A DNA stretch of 61,726 nt, counting the filler, from Chiloscyllium plagiosum (lineage: Eukaryota), in the NCBI RefSeq assembly GCF_004010195.1. It is 4 parts of one record of this genome, joined end to end, with 100 filler letters (N's around TTAATTAATTAA, not from the genome) between each part and the next. Parts side by side here need not be neighbours in the genome. Positions count along the whole stretch, not along the records: positions 1 to 17,260 come from NC_057715.1; 3 more parts are not named here. The stretch is one strand, 5' to 3'. The notes below the pieces were generated by a model. It saw nothing but the letters and a program-made list of their open reading frames with translations. It was not told the origin of the DNA and ran no database searches. Below are positions 1 to 12,084 of this stretch, piece after piece. Every line of letters starts with the position of its first letter. Position 1 is the first letter of the stretch. The translations under genes and the position numbers were made by a program.

Positions 1-1405
1 TTATACTCTTCTAAGGATTCACTCGATCTATCCTGTCTATACCTTACATATGCTTCCTTCTTTTTCTTAACCAAACCCTCAATTTCTTTATTCATCCAGC
101 ATTCCCTATACCTACCAGCCTTTCCTTTCACCCTGACATGAATATACTTTCTCTGGATTCTCGTTATCTCATTTCTGATTTCTGAAGGCTTCCCATTTTC
201 CAGCCGTCCCCTTATCTGCGAACATCTGCCCCCAATCAACTTTAGAAAGTTCTTGCCTAATACCGTCAAAATTGGCATTTCTCCAATTTAGAACTTCAAC
301 TTTTAGATCTGGTCTATCCTTTTCCATCACTATTTTAAATCTAATAGAATTATGGTCGCTGGCCCCAAAGTGCTCCCCCACTGACACGTCAGTCACCTGT
401 CCTGCCTTATTTCCCAAGAGTAAGTCAAGTTTTGCACCTTCTCTAGTAGGTACATCCACATACTGAATCAGAAAATTGTCTTGTACACACTTAAGAAATT
501 CCTCTCCATCTAAACCTTTAACACCATAGCAGTCCCAGTCTATGTTTGTAAAGTTAAAATCCCTTGCCATAACCACTCAATTATTCTTACAGATAGCTGA
601 CATCTCCTTACAAGTTTGTTTCTCAATTTCCCTCTGACTATTGAGGGGTCTATAATACAACTCCAATAAGGTGATCATCCCTTTCTTATTTCTCAGTTCC
701 AACCAAATAACTTCCAGGGATGTATTTCCGGGAATATCCTCCCTCAGCACAGCTCTAATTCTATCCCTAATCAAAAATGCCACTCCCCCTCCTCTCTTGC
801 CTCCCTTTCTATCCTTCCTGTAGCATTTGTATCCTGGAACATTAAGCTGCCAGTCCTGCCCATCCCTGAGCCATGTTTCTGTAATTGTTATGATATCCCA
901 GTCCCATGTTTCTAACCATGCCCTGAGTTCATCTGCCTTCCCTGTTAGGCCCCTTGCATTGAAATAAATGCAGTTTAATTTAATAGTCCTACCTTGTCCC
1001 TGCCTGCCCTGACTGTTTGACTCGCTTCTGTTCTCAACTGTACCAGTCTCAGATTGATCTCTTTCCTCCCACACCCCCCACCTTACTAGTTTAAATCCTC
1101 CTGAGCAGCTCTAGAAAATGTCCTTGTTTGTATTAGCCCCCTTCTAATTTAGGTGCAATCCGTCCTTCTTGTACAGGTCACTTCTACCCAAAAGAGATTC
1201 CAATGATCCAAAAATGTGAATCCTTCTCCCATACACCAGCTCCTCAGCCATGCATTCATCTGCTCTATCCTCCTATTCCTGCCCTCACTAGCTCGTAGCA
1301 CCGGGAGTAATCCAGGTATTACTACTCTCCAAGGACCTCCTTTTTAAATTTCTGCCTAACTATCTGTAATCTCCCTTCAGAATCTCAACCTTTTCCCTTC
1401 CAATG
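1..1405 (-). mobile_element. CR1-clade LINE fragment (end of ORF1 esterase-like region and ORF2 APE endonuclease), disrupted
   Basis: ORFs 577-1074 and 169-576 are contiguous in one frame, split by one stop. Motifs: YFNARGL, ITETWL, GGGVA, DFN, LDLLL, SDHN. Runs into an N gap. Confidence 0.9.
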
Positions 1406-2319
1406 NNNNNNNNNNNNNNNNNNNNNNNNNNNNNNNNNNNNNNNNNNNNNNNNNNNNNNNNNNNNNNNNNNNNNNNNNNNNNNNNNNNNNNNNNNNNNNN
1501 NNNNNNNNNNNNNNNNNNNNNNNNNNNNNNNNNNNNNNNNNNNNNNNNNNNNNNNNNNNNNNNNNNNNNNNNNNNNNNNNNNNNNNNNNNNNNNNNNNNN
1601 NNNNNNNNNNNNNNNNNNNNNNNNNNNNNNNNNNNNNNNNNNNNNNNNNNNNNNNNNNNNNNNNNNNNNNNNNNNNNNNNNNNNNNNNNNNNNNNNNNNN
1701 NNNNNNNNNNNNNNNNNNNNNNNNNNNNNNNNNNNNNNNNNNNNNNNNNNNNNNNNNNNNNNNNNNNNNNNNNNNNNNNNNNNNNNNNNNNNNNNNNNNN
1801 NNNNNNNNNNNNNNNNNNNNNNNNNNNNNNNNNNNNNNNNNNNNNNNNNNNNNNNNNNNNNNNNNNNNNNNNNNNNNNNNNNNNNNNNNNNNNNNNNNNN
1901 NNNNNNNNNNNNNNNNNNNNNNNNNNNNNNNNNNNNNNNNNNNNNNNNNNNNNNNNNNNNNNNNNNNNNNNNNNNNNNNNNNNNNNNNNNNNNNNNNNNN
2001 NNNNNNNNNNNNNNNNNNNNNNNNNNNNNNNNNNNNNNNNNNNNNNNNNNNNNNNNNNNNNNNNNNNNNNNNNNNNNNNNNNNNNNNNNNNNNNNNNNNN
2101 NNNNNNNNNNNNNNNNNNNNNNNNNNNNNNNNNNNNNNNNNNNNNNNNNNNNNNNNNNNNNNNNNNNNNNNNNNNNNNNNNNNNNNNNNNNNNNNNNNNN
2201 NNNNNNNNNNNNNNNNNNNNNNNNNNNNNNNNNNNNNNNNNNNNNNNNNNNNNNNNNNNNNNNNNNNNNNNNNNNNNNNNNNNNNNNNNNNNNNNNNNNN
2301 NNNNNNNNNNNNNNNNNNN
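1406..2319. other. Assembly gap (N run)
   Basis: Continuous Ns. Confidence 1.
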
Positions 2320-2584
2320 GAACTAGAGAGCATAGGTTTAGGGTGAGAGGGGAAAGATATAAAAAAGATCTAAGGGGCAACGTTTTCACACAGAGGGTGG
2401 TTAATGTTTGGAATGCGCTGCCTGTGGGAGTGGTAGAGTCGGAATCATTGGCGACCTTTAAGCGGCATTTGGATAGGTACATGGATGGGTACTTAATCTA
2501 GGTTAGAAGTTCGGCACAACATCGTGGGCCGAAGGGCCTGTTCTGTGCTGTATTGTTCTATGTTCTATGTTCTATGTTCTATGT
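2320..2584 (+). mobile_element. CR1 LINE 3' end with (TTCTATG)n tail
   Basis: Typical ...TTTTCACACAGAGGGTGG...TGGAATGCGCTGCC...GGGCCGAAGGGCCTG end followed by repeated TTCTATG. Related ends at about 3570-3945 and 4318-4530. Confidence 0.85.
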
Positions 2585-5034
2585 AAGTATATATCACTGT
2601 ACTAAAGGCCATTTTTGCTCCTTCACAATCACCAGACCCAGAAAATGACACCGTCTTATTCCTCTACAAAACACTGCCCCAAATTAAATTCATTGTTATG
2701 GCTTATGTTTTAAGTTTAATCAAGCGACATATCTCCAAAAACATATAATCAAGAAATAACCCACTCTAGTCACTACTGCAGCCTTTCTGTTGGACAGACT
2801 TAAAACAACAATTAACTTATCTGATTCTGTGTTGTGAACTTTACCCAAACAGGTTCCTCCAAGATTCGTTGTGAATTTCACTGTTTGTTAATTTTCTCAG
2901 ATGCACTCCAATATCCAGCGATACATGAATTCAAAAACAGTAAAGGCAGTAACTGTGCAGGTCCTCTCTCTGTCTTTCTCTCCTGCACTGTCCTCACCGT
3001 TTGCTTCCTTTGTCTGTTCCTCTCCCTTTTAAAACTGCTGTTGTTTTGACTTTTTTTCCCAAAGTTCCAAAACAATGCAATAGCATATGAAACAGTAACT
3101 GCTGCTCCTGGAATTTGAGGAAATCACCTCCAACACCTAAAATATCTCAAAAAAGGAGCAGCTGTTACAGCCAGAAATTTTTCCCGTCCTCCATCTTGGA
3201 TTGCCCAGAATCCTCTTCATTTGACTGGCATTGATATCTTTATTGACTTCCACTGTAGCATTCTTTGCAGGGAACACATTGTCAATTTTTTATATATTCT
3301 AGCTCTCAAGGTTTGATTTCTTACAGGGAGTTGACTGAGAAAAATGGCCAGTTTCGAATGTGAGCCATAATATTGAGCATACTTGAGCAGGAAAGAAAAC
3401 AATGTCACTATCTGGTTGAACCCTGTCCTCACTAACATATACCAGTGCATACAAACCCTCCATTCTACCTCATAAGTTTATTTTAGGCTGTTGCTGAACC
3501 CAAAATAAACCTTTAGACTATAAAATTATGGCACGAGAGTGCATACAGATAACTAGTTTTGTCTGTTCATCCAAAGCTGAGGGGTGACCTTATCAAGTTT
3601 TATAAAATCATGAGGGGCATGGGTAGAGCGAATAGCGTAGTTGGGTTTAGGGTAGGGGAGTCCAAAACTATATTGCATAAGCTGAAGGGGAGAGGGGTAA
3701 GATTTGTAATGGACCTGAGGGCAACTTTTTCACTGAGAGGGCAGTGCAGGTCAGAATAAATGCCGCAGGCTGGTACAAACAAAATTTAGAAGGCATCTGG
3801 TTGGGTACATGAATAGGAAGGGTTTAAAGCAATATGGGCCAAATGCTGGCAAATGAGACCAGATTAGTTTCAGACATCTGGTTGGCGCAGATGGGTTAGG
3901 CAGAAGGTTCTGTTTCTTTGCTGTGTAACTCTATGACTCTATGATTGATTACACAATGTCTTGGTCATACTTTCTACGAAACAGTATACAGTTTCTGCCA
4001 GGTTCCAATAAACATTTCACTGAGTAGCAGTTTAGAGTGACTGTCTAAAGACTGTTGCCTAAGTCAAGTTTCCAAATTGACCAGCAGCTGTAAGCTGCTC
4101 TCCATAGCCACGCAGGAATGAATCTTCCAAATATTTTAGGTGAACACCTTTGACCAGAAATCATCATCCTCCCACATCTTGCTTTCATAGGTCACAGAGA
4201 GCTCACAGCTCCTTTCTGCTGACCTGCATGACTTCATATTTGTAATATTCTATTTCAAAGATTCCCAAGTATGAACCGTTGCAGTGTTGTCATGCACTGA
4301 TTTCTTGTTGATGTAATGTTTACGCAGAGAGTGGTAAGGGCGTGGAATGCCCTACCTGCTAATGTAGTCAACTCAGTCACATTAGGGAGATTTAAACAAT
4401 CCTTAGATAAGCACATGGATTATTTTGAGATAGTGTAGGGGGACGAGCTGAGAATAGTTCACAGGTCGGTGCAACATCGAGGGCCGAAGGGCCTGTTCTG
4501 CGCTGTATTGTTCTATGTTGTATGTTCTAATTCTCCTTTGTTAATCCCGGTAAGCAGAATAGGCATGCTTCCATTTTAATTTCATGAATTATTGTGCTTG
4601 ACAATAATTCATGAAATTAATTAGTTTTGTAGTTCCAGCTCCATATCAATTAGGAACAAAATACTACATGATTGACAGCCCTGAAGTACTGAGTGGAAGT
4701 GCAGAGGCTAACATTTAACAGAATTGTAAAGAAAATATTCTAACATGAATATAGTCCAGTACTACCAAAAGTACTAATAGTTACAATATTTAACACCCAA
4801 TGTTTACTGATTGTTTGCCCTTCCCATTTTTGTTTTAGCTAGTCTTCTCAAGTGGATAGTTTTTGTGTCCATTCCAACAAAGTGACTCTACTCAAAAATA
4901 ATTTTTATTTTGAGTTTACTTTTATTATTATTTTGTTTTCAATTATATCATAAATGAGTGTGAGGCTGTATAAAGCTAATCCAGTCAATGTGACAGTGTT
5001 TCCAATGTTTTCAATGTTTTTTTCTGATCAAATT

Positions 5035-5360
5035 GATTCACTGCTGCCTCACAGCACCAGGGACCCTGCCTATGTGGAGGTTGCACATTTTTCCAGTGCC
5101 TGCGTGGGTTTCCTCTGGGTGCTTCGGTTTCCTCCCACAGTTCACAGAGGTGCAGGTTAGGTTGTTTGGCCATGCTAAATTGCCCATTGTGTCCAGGGAT
5201 GTGTAGGCGAGGTGGATTAACCATGGGAAATGCAGGGTTACAGGAGCAAGTCAGGGAGATGGGTCTGGGTTGAATACTTTTCAGAGGGTCGATGTAGAGT
5301 CAATGGGCCAAATTACCTTTTTCCATACACAGGATTATATGGTTCTATGATTCTATTCTG
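5035..5360 (+). mobile_element. tRNA-derived V-SINE (HE1-like), 5' degraded
   Basis: V-domain-like GCGTGGGTTTCCTCTGGGTGCTTCGGTTTCCTCCCACAG...GGCCATGCTAAATTGCCC core and CR1-like tail. Confidence 0.8.
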
Positions 5361-5519
5361 ATTATCATTTCCTGTACTGCTATCTTGCCTGATTATTTTG
5401 ATGTGCTTCTTCAAAATCCAAATAGTTTGTCCTTATTGGCAATCCACCTACAACTTAGCACAAAACCCTCTCTACAGCCCTGGTTGTAAAATTCCCTATG
5501 ATAGTGGTCCCAGCAAGTA

Positions 5520-7450
5520 GTAATGGTACACTCACCGGCAGATTACCATATACAAACATGATGATGTGGTAATAACCGAGACCTGGCATGAGGAATTGCA
5601 AAACTGGCTGTTAAATGTTCCGGGTACAAGGTGTTCAGAGAACAACAAAAAAGAAGGAAAGGGGGAGTGGTGGCAGTATTCATTAAAGGAAAATGGTGCA
5701 GAGTGGGAGTCGAAGGTTGTTCCAGTGGGTTGAAGGACAGAATTAATTTGCTGAGGAACAAAAAGGTTGCAATTGCTTTCAACCAACAAGTAGGGGGAAG
5801 GATAGTAGAGGAACAAACCTGTAAGGAAATTACAGAATGCCAGTACTATAGGGTAGTTAAAGTGGGTGTCTTTGATTACCCAAATATAGACAGAAATATT
5901 GGTTGTGTAAGAAACAGTAGAGAGAATGAGAGGGAACTTGATATGCATGCTCATAGTTTCTTGAAGGCTAAAAGACAGATAGTTAAGGTGGTTAAGAAAG
6001 TAAATCTGATCATTGTTTTTATTAGTCAACACATTAAAAACATGAGCTAGGAGGTTATGATGAAGCTATGAATAATGTTAATTAGGCCATAGCTGGAGTA
6101 CAGTGTGCAGTTCAGATTGCCACGCTACCGGATTGCACGAGAGAGCGTGTAGATAAGATTCATCCAGGATATTGCCTGGTCTGGAGTGACTCCGCTATGA
6201 AGAGAGTAGGTAAGTTGGAGTTGTTTTCCTTAGAGAACAGAAGACTGACGGAGTGACCTTATTGAGGTGCACTAAGTTCTGAGGGGCATAGACTAGGTGT
6301 GTAGGGTGAAACTTTTCCCCTTAGTAGAGCGGTCAAACCTCAGGGGGCACAGTTTTAAGGTGAGGAGCAGAAGATTCAGAGGGGGGTTTGAGGAACAAAA
6401 TTTTCATTCAGGGATGTTGAATATCTGGAACTCTGCCTAAAAAACACAGTCATTACATGAATCTTCAAAACATTTGAGACTTATTTAGCTCAGTCCTTGA
6501 AATGCCATAGCACACAAGGCTACAGGCTAAATGCCCAATCGATATGCAGATTAAAGGCACCCATAATTACAGATGTTCCTTTATTGCATGCAACTCTAAT
6601 TTCCTGTTCAATGCCATTCAGCAACATCACCTCAAGATTTACAACCACCACTAAAATGTTTTGGCCCTGGATGTTTCTCAGCACAACCCAGTCAGATTCC
6701 ATATCATTGCAATTAAGATCCTTCCTCACTATTGCATTGAGTTCCTCTTTAGCCAGCTATGCAGTTTCTCTTTAGCCTGTTCCTTTTTGTCTGTTCTACC
6801 TAAACGATGAATATTCCTGGTTATTAATCTCCCACAAGCACAGTTCCTTGATATTGTGTTGCCTGTGTGGTGCCAGGATAAGGAGGCCTCTGAGCAGCTG
6901 CAGAATACTATTAGTTGGGAGCATGAACAGCCAGCAGTTGTAGTCTATACAGGAACCAACAGAAATAGAAATGAAGGATGAGAGCCTACAGTCAGAAATT
7001 GGCAGCCAAGTAGAAAATTACAAAGCAGGACCTCAAAAATTGTAATCTCTGGAATAGGCTCAGTGATATTCAAGTGATTACATGAGCAGGAGGGTAAGAA
7101 AGATAAACGCACAACTGAAAGTTTGGCACAGAGGTTTGGCTTTAGATCACTGGAGGAGAAAGTGAGGTCTGCAGATGCTGGAGATCAGAGATGGAAATGT
7201 GTTGCTGGAAAAGCGCAGCAGGTCAGGCAGCATCTAGGGAACAGGAGAATCGACGTTTCGGGCATTAGCCTGAAGAAGGGCTAATGCCCGAAACGTCGAT
7301 TCTCCTGTTCCCTAGATGCTGCCTGACCTGCTGCGCTTTTCCAGCAACACATTTCCATCTCTTTAGATCACTGGGACAATGGGACTAGCTGTGAGTGCTG
7401 TGACAGAGGCAGGACTGAGTCCTTTGTGGGAGGTTGAAATTAGTTGGATG
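5520..7450. mobile_element. Old CR1 fragments in both orientations (APE, RT end, ORF1 esterase remnants)
   Basis: Degenerate GGVVAVF and FDYPNID motifs on +, GAFNLHIDW on -, and a CR1 3' coding end at about 6050-6530. Confidence 0.7.
7154..7362. mobile_element. Penelope-derived palindromic non-autonomous element with target-site duplication
   Basis: Perfect 84-bp inverted arms 7187-7270 and 7279-7362 with an 8-nt loop. Direct repeat CTTTAGATCACTGG at 7140-7153 and 7361-7374. Arms match the Penelope termini at about 10990-11080. Confidence 0.85.
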
Positions 7451-9160
7451 GGGGATGAAGATCGGAAAGTAGATTTAGTCAGAAATAAAACTGGAAGGGA
7501 GAAACTTAGTGGAAATGCAGAGGAAACGACAATAGAAAATAAAAAAAACAAACAACAGTGCATACTAATGATCTGAGACAAAACAAAAAAAAGATGAAGA
7601 AACAGCAAGTCTGGTAGCATCCATGGAGAGAAAGTAGAGCCAGCATTTTGAGTCTGGTCACCCTTCTTCAGATTTTCTACTTCACTCCTAGTTCTTAGGA
7701 AAGGTCACTCGACTAGAAACTTAGACTCTGCTTTCTTTCACAGGTGGCAACAAACCTGCTGAGTTTTTCAAGCAATTTCTCAGGTGGAGAATCATTAACA
7801 TATCTCTTCTGCACTGTATGATTCTTGGTGTGACAGTAAAATGGAAGAGAGAAACAGAGTAGGGGATTGGGTCTGGATGGATTGCGCTTCGACATGTCGG
7901 TGTGGACTTGTTGGGCCGAAGGGCCTGTTTCCACACTGTAAGTAATCTAAGTAAATCTAAGTAATCTAAGTAAATCTAATCTAAGAGTCGAATGTTTGAG
8001 TAGAATATGATATCTTTAAAGACTGATGGCAAGTTGAAAGGTGATGGGTTTTAGGCCTTTGGAAGGAAGGAAGGAGAAGAAGAGCAAAAAGGAAGGTCTA
8101 GGTAGGCTGGAGAAAATAAATGACAAAGATGTCATGGAATATAATTGGCAGTGGTTTCAAATGAAGCAAACTACTTTCCCAGAGTATGAATGCCAGAAAA
8201 TGGAGATCTCTGTCCAAAGACAAAAGCATGATAAATACAATTCAGATTGGCACATTGCAAAAAGGTTATATTCAAAATGGAACCAAGATCATGGTCTGAA
8301 CTTATTGGACTCAATCTGGAATCCAGAAGGCTATAAAGTGGTGAAACTAAAGATGAGGTGCTATTCCTCTGGTGTTCTCGCCTTTTAAGACCCACTAGAC
8401 ACTTCAACCAATATGTTATTAATGAATTTACACAGATATCCTGCAATACCAGAATGGTCAAATCACTACAGGTACCAATGCAAACTGGAGCCCTGGCTAA
8501 CAGATAAAATGAGGAGTGTCAGAAATTCTGGCCTTCTGGCTGCTTATTCTGATGAGGCAATGTCAGACTCAGGGATATTCCACGTGTAAATAAAGGGTGA
8601 CTTGATGATGAGATACTGGCGTCAGTGGAATTATTTCAATGAATGTTTGTTTCTTTACGTAGCGGGGCCTAGGTGCCTTTCTGTCTAGCTTTTGGTTGAA
8701 AATATGCATTTTGCCTTTGTTTAGTTGAACTGTTGACACGATGTGTTCCTTTACAATATGCTAATATAATTAGCACCTCACTGCACTGTGTCTGCTTTCT
8801 GGATTTGCAAATTGCAGAGCTTTACTTAGCCACGTATCCTATACTCAGCATCCATTGTTCCTTGGGCAAGTGAGCAATTTACTTACGTTTTAGCAGCCAT
8901 GAAGCTGCTACACATCGAGCTTGAGGGAGATAAAAACTAAGAACCAAAGTTTCAGGTCTTCCTTTTAAGACACAGATCAGCAAACACTCGGTCTCTCAGA
9001 GGGTTGTTGGTCTGTGGATGTCTCTTTCCTGAAAAGCAGTGGGGAATTTATTCAAGTTTGAGTTCAGCCTAATTTCAGATAGACAAAGGAATCAACAGAA
9101 ATGAGGAGCAAACAGGAAAGCGGAGTTGAGACTGCAACCAGCTCAGCATAATCACATTGA

Positions 9161-9489
9161 GCGAAGATTTGTAGCTCGGGTGCTCGTTGTTGTGGTTCTG
9201 TTCCACTATTACAGGCCAAGCCAAACAGAGAACAGCCAGGGAATTCCTAGAGGCTTGGCACTCACCCACAGATTCAATCAATAAGCACATCTACCTGGAC
9301 CCTATATACCGGCCACTGCAGCGGACAGCTGGAACTGACAACCGGAAGCAGCAGATTCAAACCACTACAAATGCCGGAGGAAAGATCACAGAAGCGCTTC
9401 ACAGGAGGCTCCCAAGCACTGAGGATGTCACCTAGACAGGGGACAAAACGTCTGCACCAGAAATTCCCAGCTCGGCGAACAGAACCACA
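9161..9489 (+). mobile_element. Truncated Penelope-like element with inverted terminal segment
   Basis: Encodes TITGQAKQRTAREFLEAWHS, same family as 25304-25960. First ~45 nt are the inverted 3' terminus. Flanked by ATAATCA(C/T)ATTGA at 9148-9160 and 9490-9502. Confidence 0.85.
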
Positions 9490-11046
9490 ATAATCATATT
9501 GAATCGGAATCAGGTTTCGTGGGCAAATCAGCTACTGCTATTTTTATGACTTTTACTATGTTCTTGAATTGAGACTAACTGTGGTATGAAGGTTTATAAT
9601 ATATAATTATCATTTGAGAACTTGGTTCAAATATTGAAGTAAAATTAGTTTTAGTTTTTCCATTCTGTGAAGATCTCGCTTTTTATAAGGTCAGAAAGTC
9701 ATTTTAAACATTGAATTCAAAACAGCATTTAGAAGATAGCATGTGATTTCAACCAAGTTACCATCAAGCCACCTTGGGAATAATTTTTTGCCAACCATAA
9801 AAGTGCTGTTTCAAGTAGCCTCCAAGGAGTTGGGGCAATGGAGAAGCACTGAGATGCTTAGAAATCAGTAATAAGGAAGTTGCAGAACCAAAAGTTTGTG
9901 GTATTTTCAAAGAGAACTTCCCAGATTTCTGTTGAACATATGAGTTAGGGAACTGATATTAATTAGTGAGTGAACTGATTTACAGTTTGTTTTAAGGGTC
10001 CTGGGAAGGATGTATTAACTGAAGACAATTGTATCGAGTGAATACACAGAAATTTGCCAAAAGGATACCGGTCATAGCTGGGCCAGCTGCACAGGAAGCC
10101 TTTGAGTGGAGATTGTGAGAAACAAAACTCACATATTAATAAATTTCAGTCCAAGTCAAATTCTGAAGCAGCGAATTTTATTGATACTTACTTGCAAGAA
10201 TGGGTGCCTAACGAGTAAGCACCTTGAACTGAGGGTTACATTCTGATTTATGCAGTTCAACTGCGTCTCTCAGTCTTCCCCTTTCACCCGATTGGTTACT
10301 TTTGCTGTAGCGCGTAGCCTATCACAAGCACTAGCTTCATTCCACCTTTATCTAGCTTCTCTCTGCCTTTGTCTAGCTTCTCTCCGTCTCTGTTTACTTC
10401 TCCCATTACTCTAAGCCTGTCGCCCCTTACTCTTATTTATCTCATTCCTTATATGTGACTATCCTGGCATAGTTTGCTGTCTTCCTGCGATCATGCTGCC
10501 AAACTAAATTCCATCCATTGGCCACATCCCTTCTGCGACTGGCACACTATTCTCCTGTTACTGGTACATCCTGCTACACGGTTGCTCTGCCCTATTAGTC
10601 ATAGATAATTCTACCTGTTTTCACTTCTCACTGTTTAGTATTTGCATGCACAGCCTAATTTTATAATGCAAGCTTTTGTGGAAGCAACACCTGTTCCCTT
10701 ATTCTGTACAATTTTAACCCTATACCTTACAGAGATTATGGGTGACACAAGAATATTGCTCGGATAAAAGGGATGAATCTTTTTTCCTGATATTTGTAAA
10801 TACATCATTCAATAGTTTTGAACAGTGTACGTTAGTTTGCATTTTTACTTTGTATAATAAAATTTTGTGCTCTTTTGTTAAAAGTACATTGACAGGCTGT
10901 TGTGAAATTGTTCAGTAATTAACCTTAAGATTAACCAAAAAGAAAAATTAAGACTTGGGAGCTACTAAGTCAGGGTTCAGAGTCAAGCTTAGAGTGGTGC
11001 TGGAAAAGCACGGCAGGTCAGGCAGCATCCGAGGAGCAGGAAAATT

Positions 11047-11074
11047 GACGTTTCGGGCAAAAGCCCTTCATCAG
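11047..11074 (-). ncRNA. Minimal hammerhead ribozyme core in Penelope terminus
   Basis: Minus strand reads CTGATGA-A-GGGC-TTTT-GCCC-GAAA-C-GTC. Identical cores at about 17154-17181 and 43371-43398. Confidence 0.65.
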
Positions 11075-11771
11075 GAATGAGGCAGGGAGCCTCCGGGGTG
11101 GAGAGATAAATGGGAGGGTGGTGGGGATGGGGAGAAGGTGATGGGTCAGAGAGGAGGGTGGAGTGGATGGGTGGGAAGGAAGATTGGCAGGGAGGACAGG
11201 TCATGGGGATGATGCTGAGCTGGCAGGTTGGAATTAGGGTGAGGTGGGGAAAGGTATGAGGAAACTGGTGAAGTCCACATTGATACCCTGGGGTGAAAGT
11301 GTTCTGAGGTGGAAGATGAGACATTCTTCCTCTAGCGTCAGGTGGTGAGGGAGCAGCGGTGAAGGAGGCCCAGGACCTGCATGTCCTCGGCAGAGTGGGA
11401 GGGGGAGTTGAAATGTTCGGCCACAGGGTGGTGGGTTGATTGGTGCGGGTGTCCCAGAGATGTTCCCAAAAGCACTCTGCGAGAAGGTGTCCAGTCTCCC
11501 CAATGTAGAGGAGACCGCATCGGGAGCAACGGATACAATAAATGACATTGGTGGATGTGCAGCTGGAACTTTGATGGATGTGGAAGGCTCCTTTGGGGCC
11601 TTGGATGGAGGTGAGGGGGGAGGTATGGGCGCAGGTTTTGCAATTCTTGCGGTGGCAGGGGAAGGTGGCAGGAGGGAGGGTGGGTTGTTGGGGGGCGTGG
11701 ACCTGACCAGGTAGTTACGGAGGGAACGGTCTTTGCGGAAAGTGGATAGTGGTGGGGAGGGAAATATACAG

Positions 11772-12084
11772 GGTGGCACGGTAGCTTAGTGGTTAGCACT
11801 GCTGCCTCACAGCACCAGGGTCCCAGGTTCGACTCTAGTCTCGGGCGACTGCCTGTGTGGAGTTTGCACATCCTCTCCGTGTCTGCGTGGGTTTCCTCCG
11901 GGTGCTCTGGTTTCCTTCCACAGTCCCAAGATGTGCAGGTCAGGTGAATTGGCCATGCTAAATTGCCCATAGTGCTAGGTGCAATAGTCAGAGGGAAATG
12001 GGTCTGGGTGGGTTACTCTTCAGAGGGCCAATGTGGACTGGTTGGGCTGAAAGGCCGGTTTCCATACTGTAGAAATTCTAATCT
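11772..12084 (+). mobile_element. V-SINE (HE1-like), full length, inserted in Penelope element
   Basis: tRNA-like head GGCACGGTAGCTTAGTGGTTAGCACTGCTGCCTCACAGC with B-box GGTTCGACTC, V core, CR1-like tail. Penelope sequence resumes on both sides. Confidence 0.9.

Noticed and set aside
1377..2482. Long ORFs of 300+ aa (also 27564-28326)
   Set aside because: They are translations through N gaps.
7930..7984. Short tandem AAGTAATCT/AAGTAAATCT repeats suggesting an array
   Set aside because: SINE/CR1-type 3' tail; no spacers, not CRISPR-like.
11772..11845. SINE heads as real tRNA genes
   Set aside because: A/B boxes run directly into the V core with no acceptor-stem closure.
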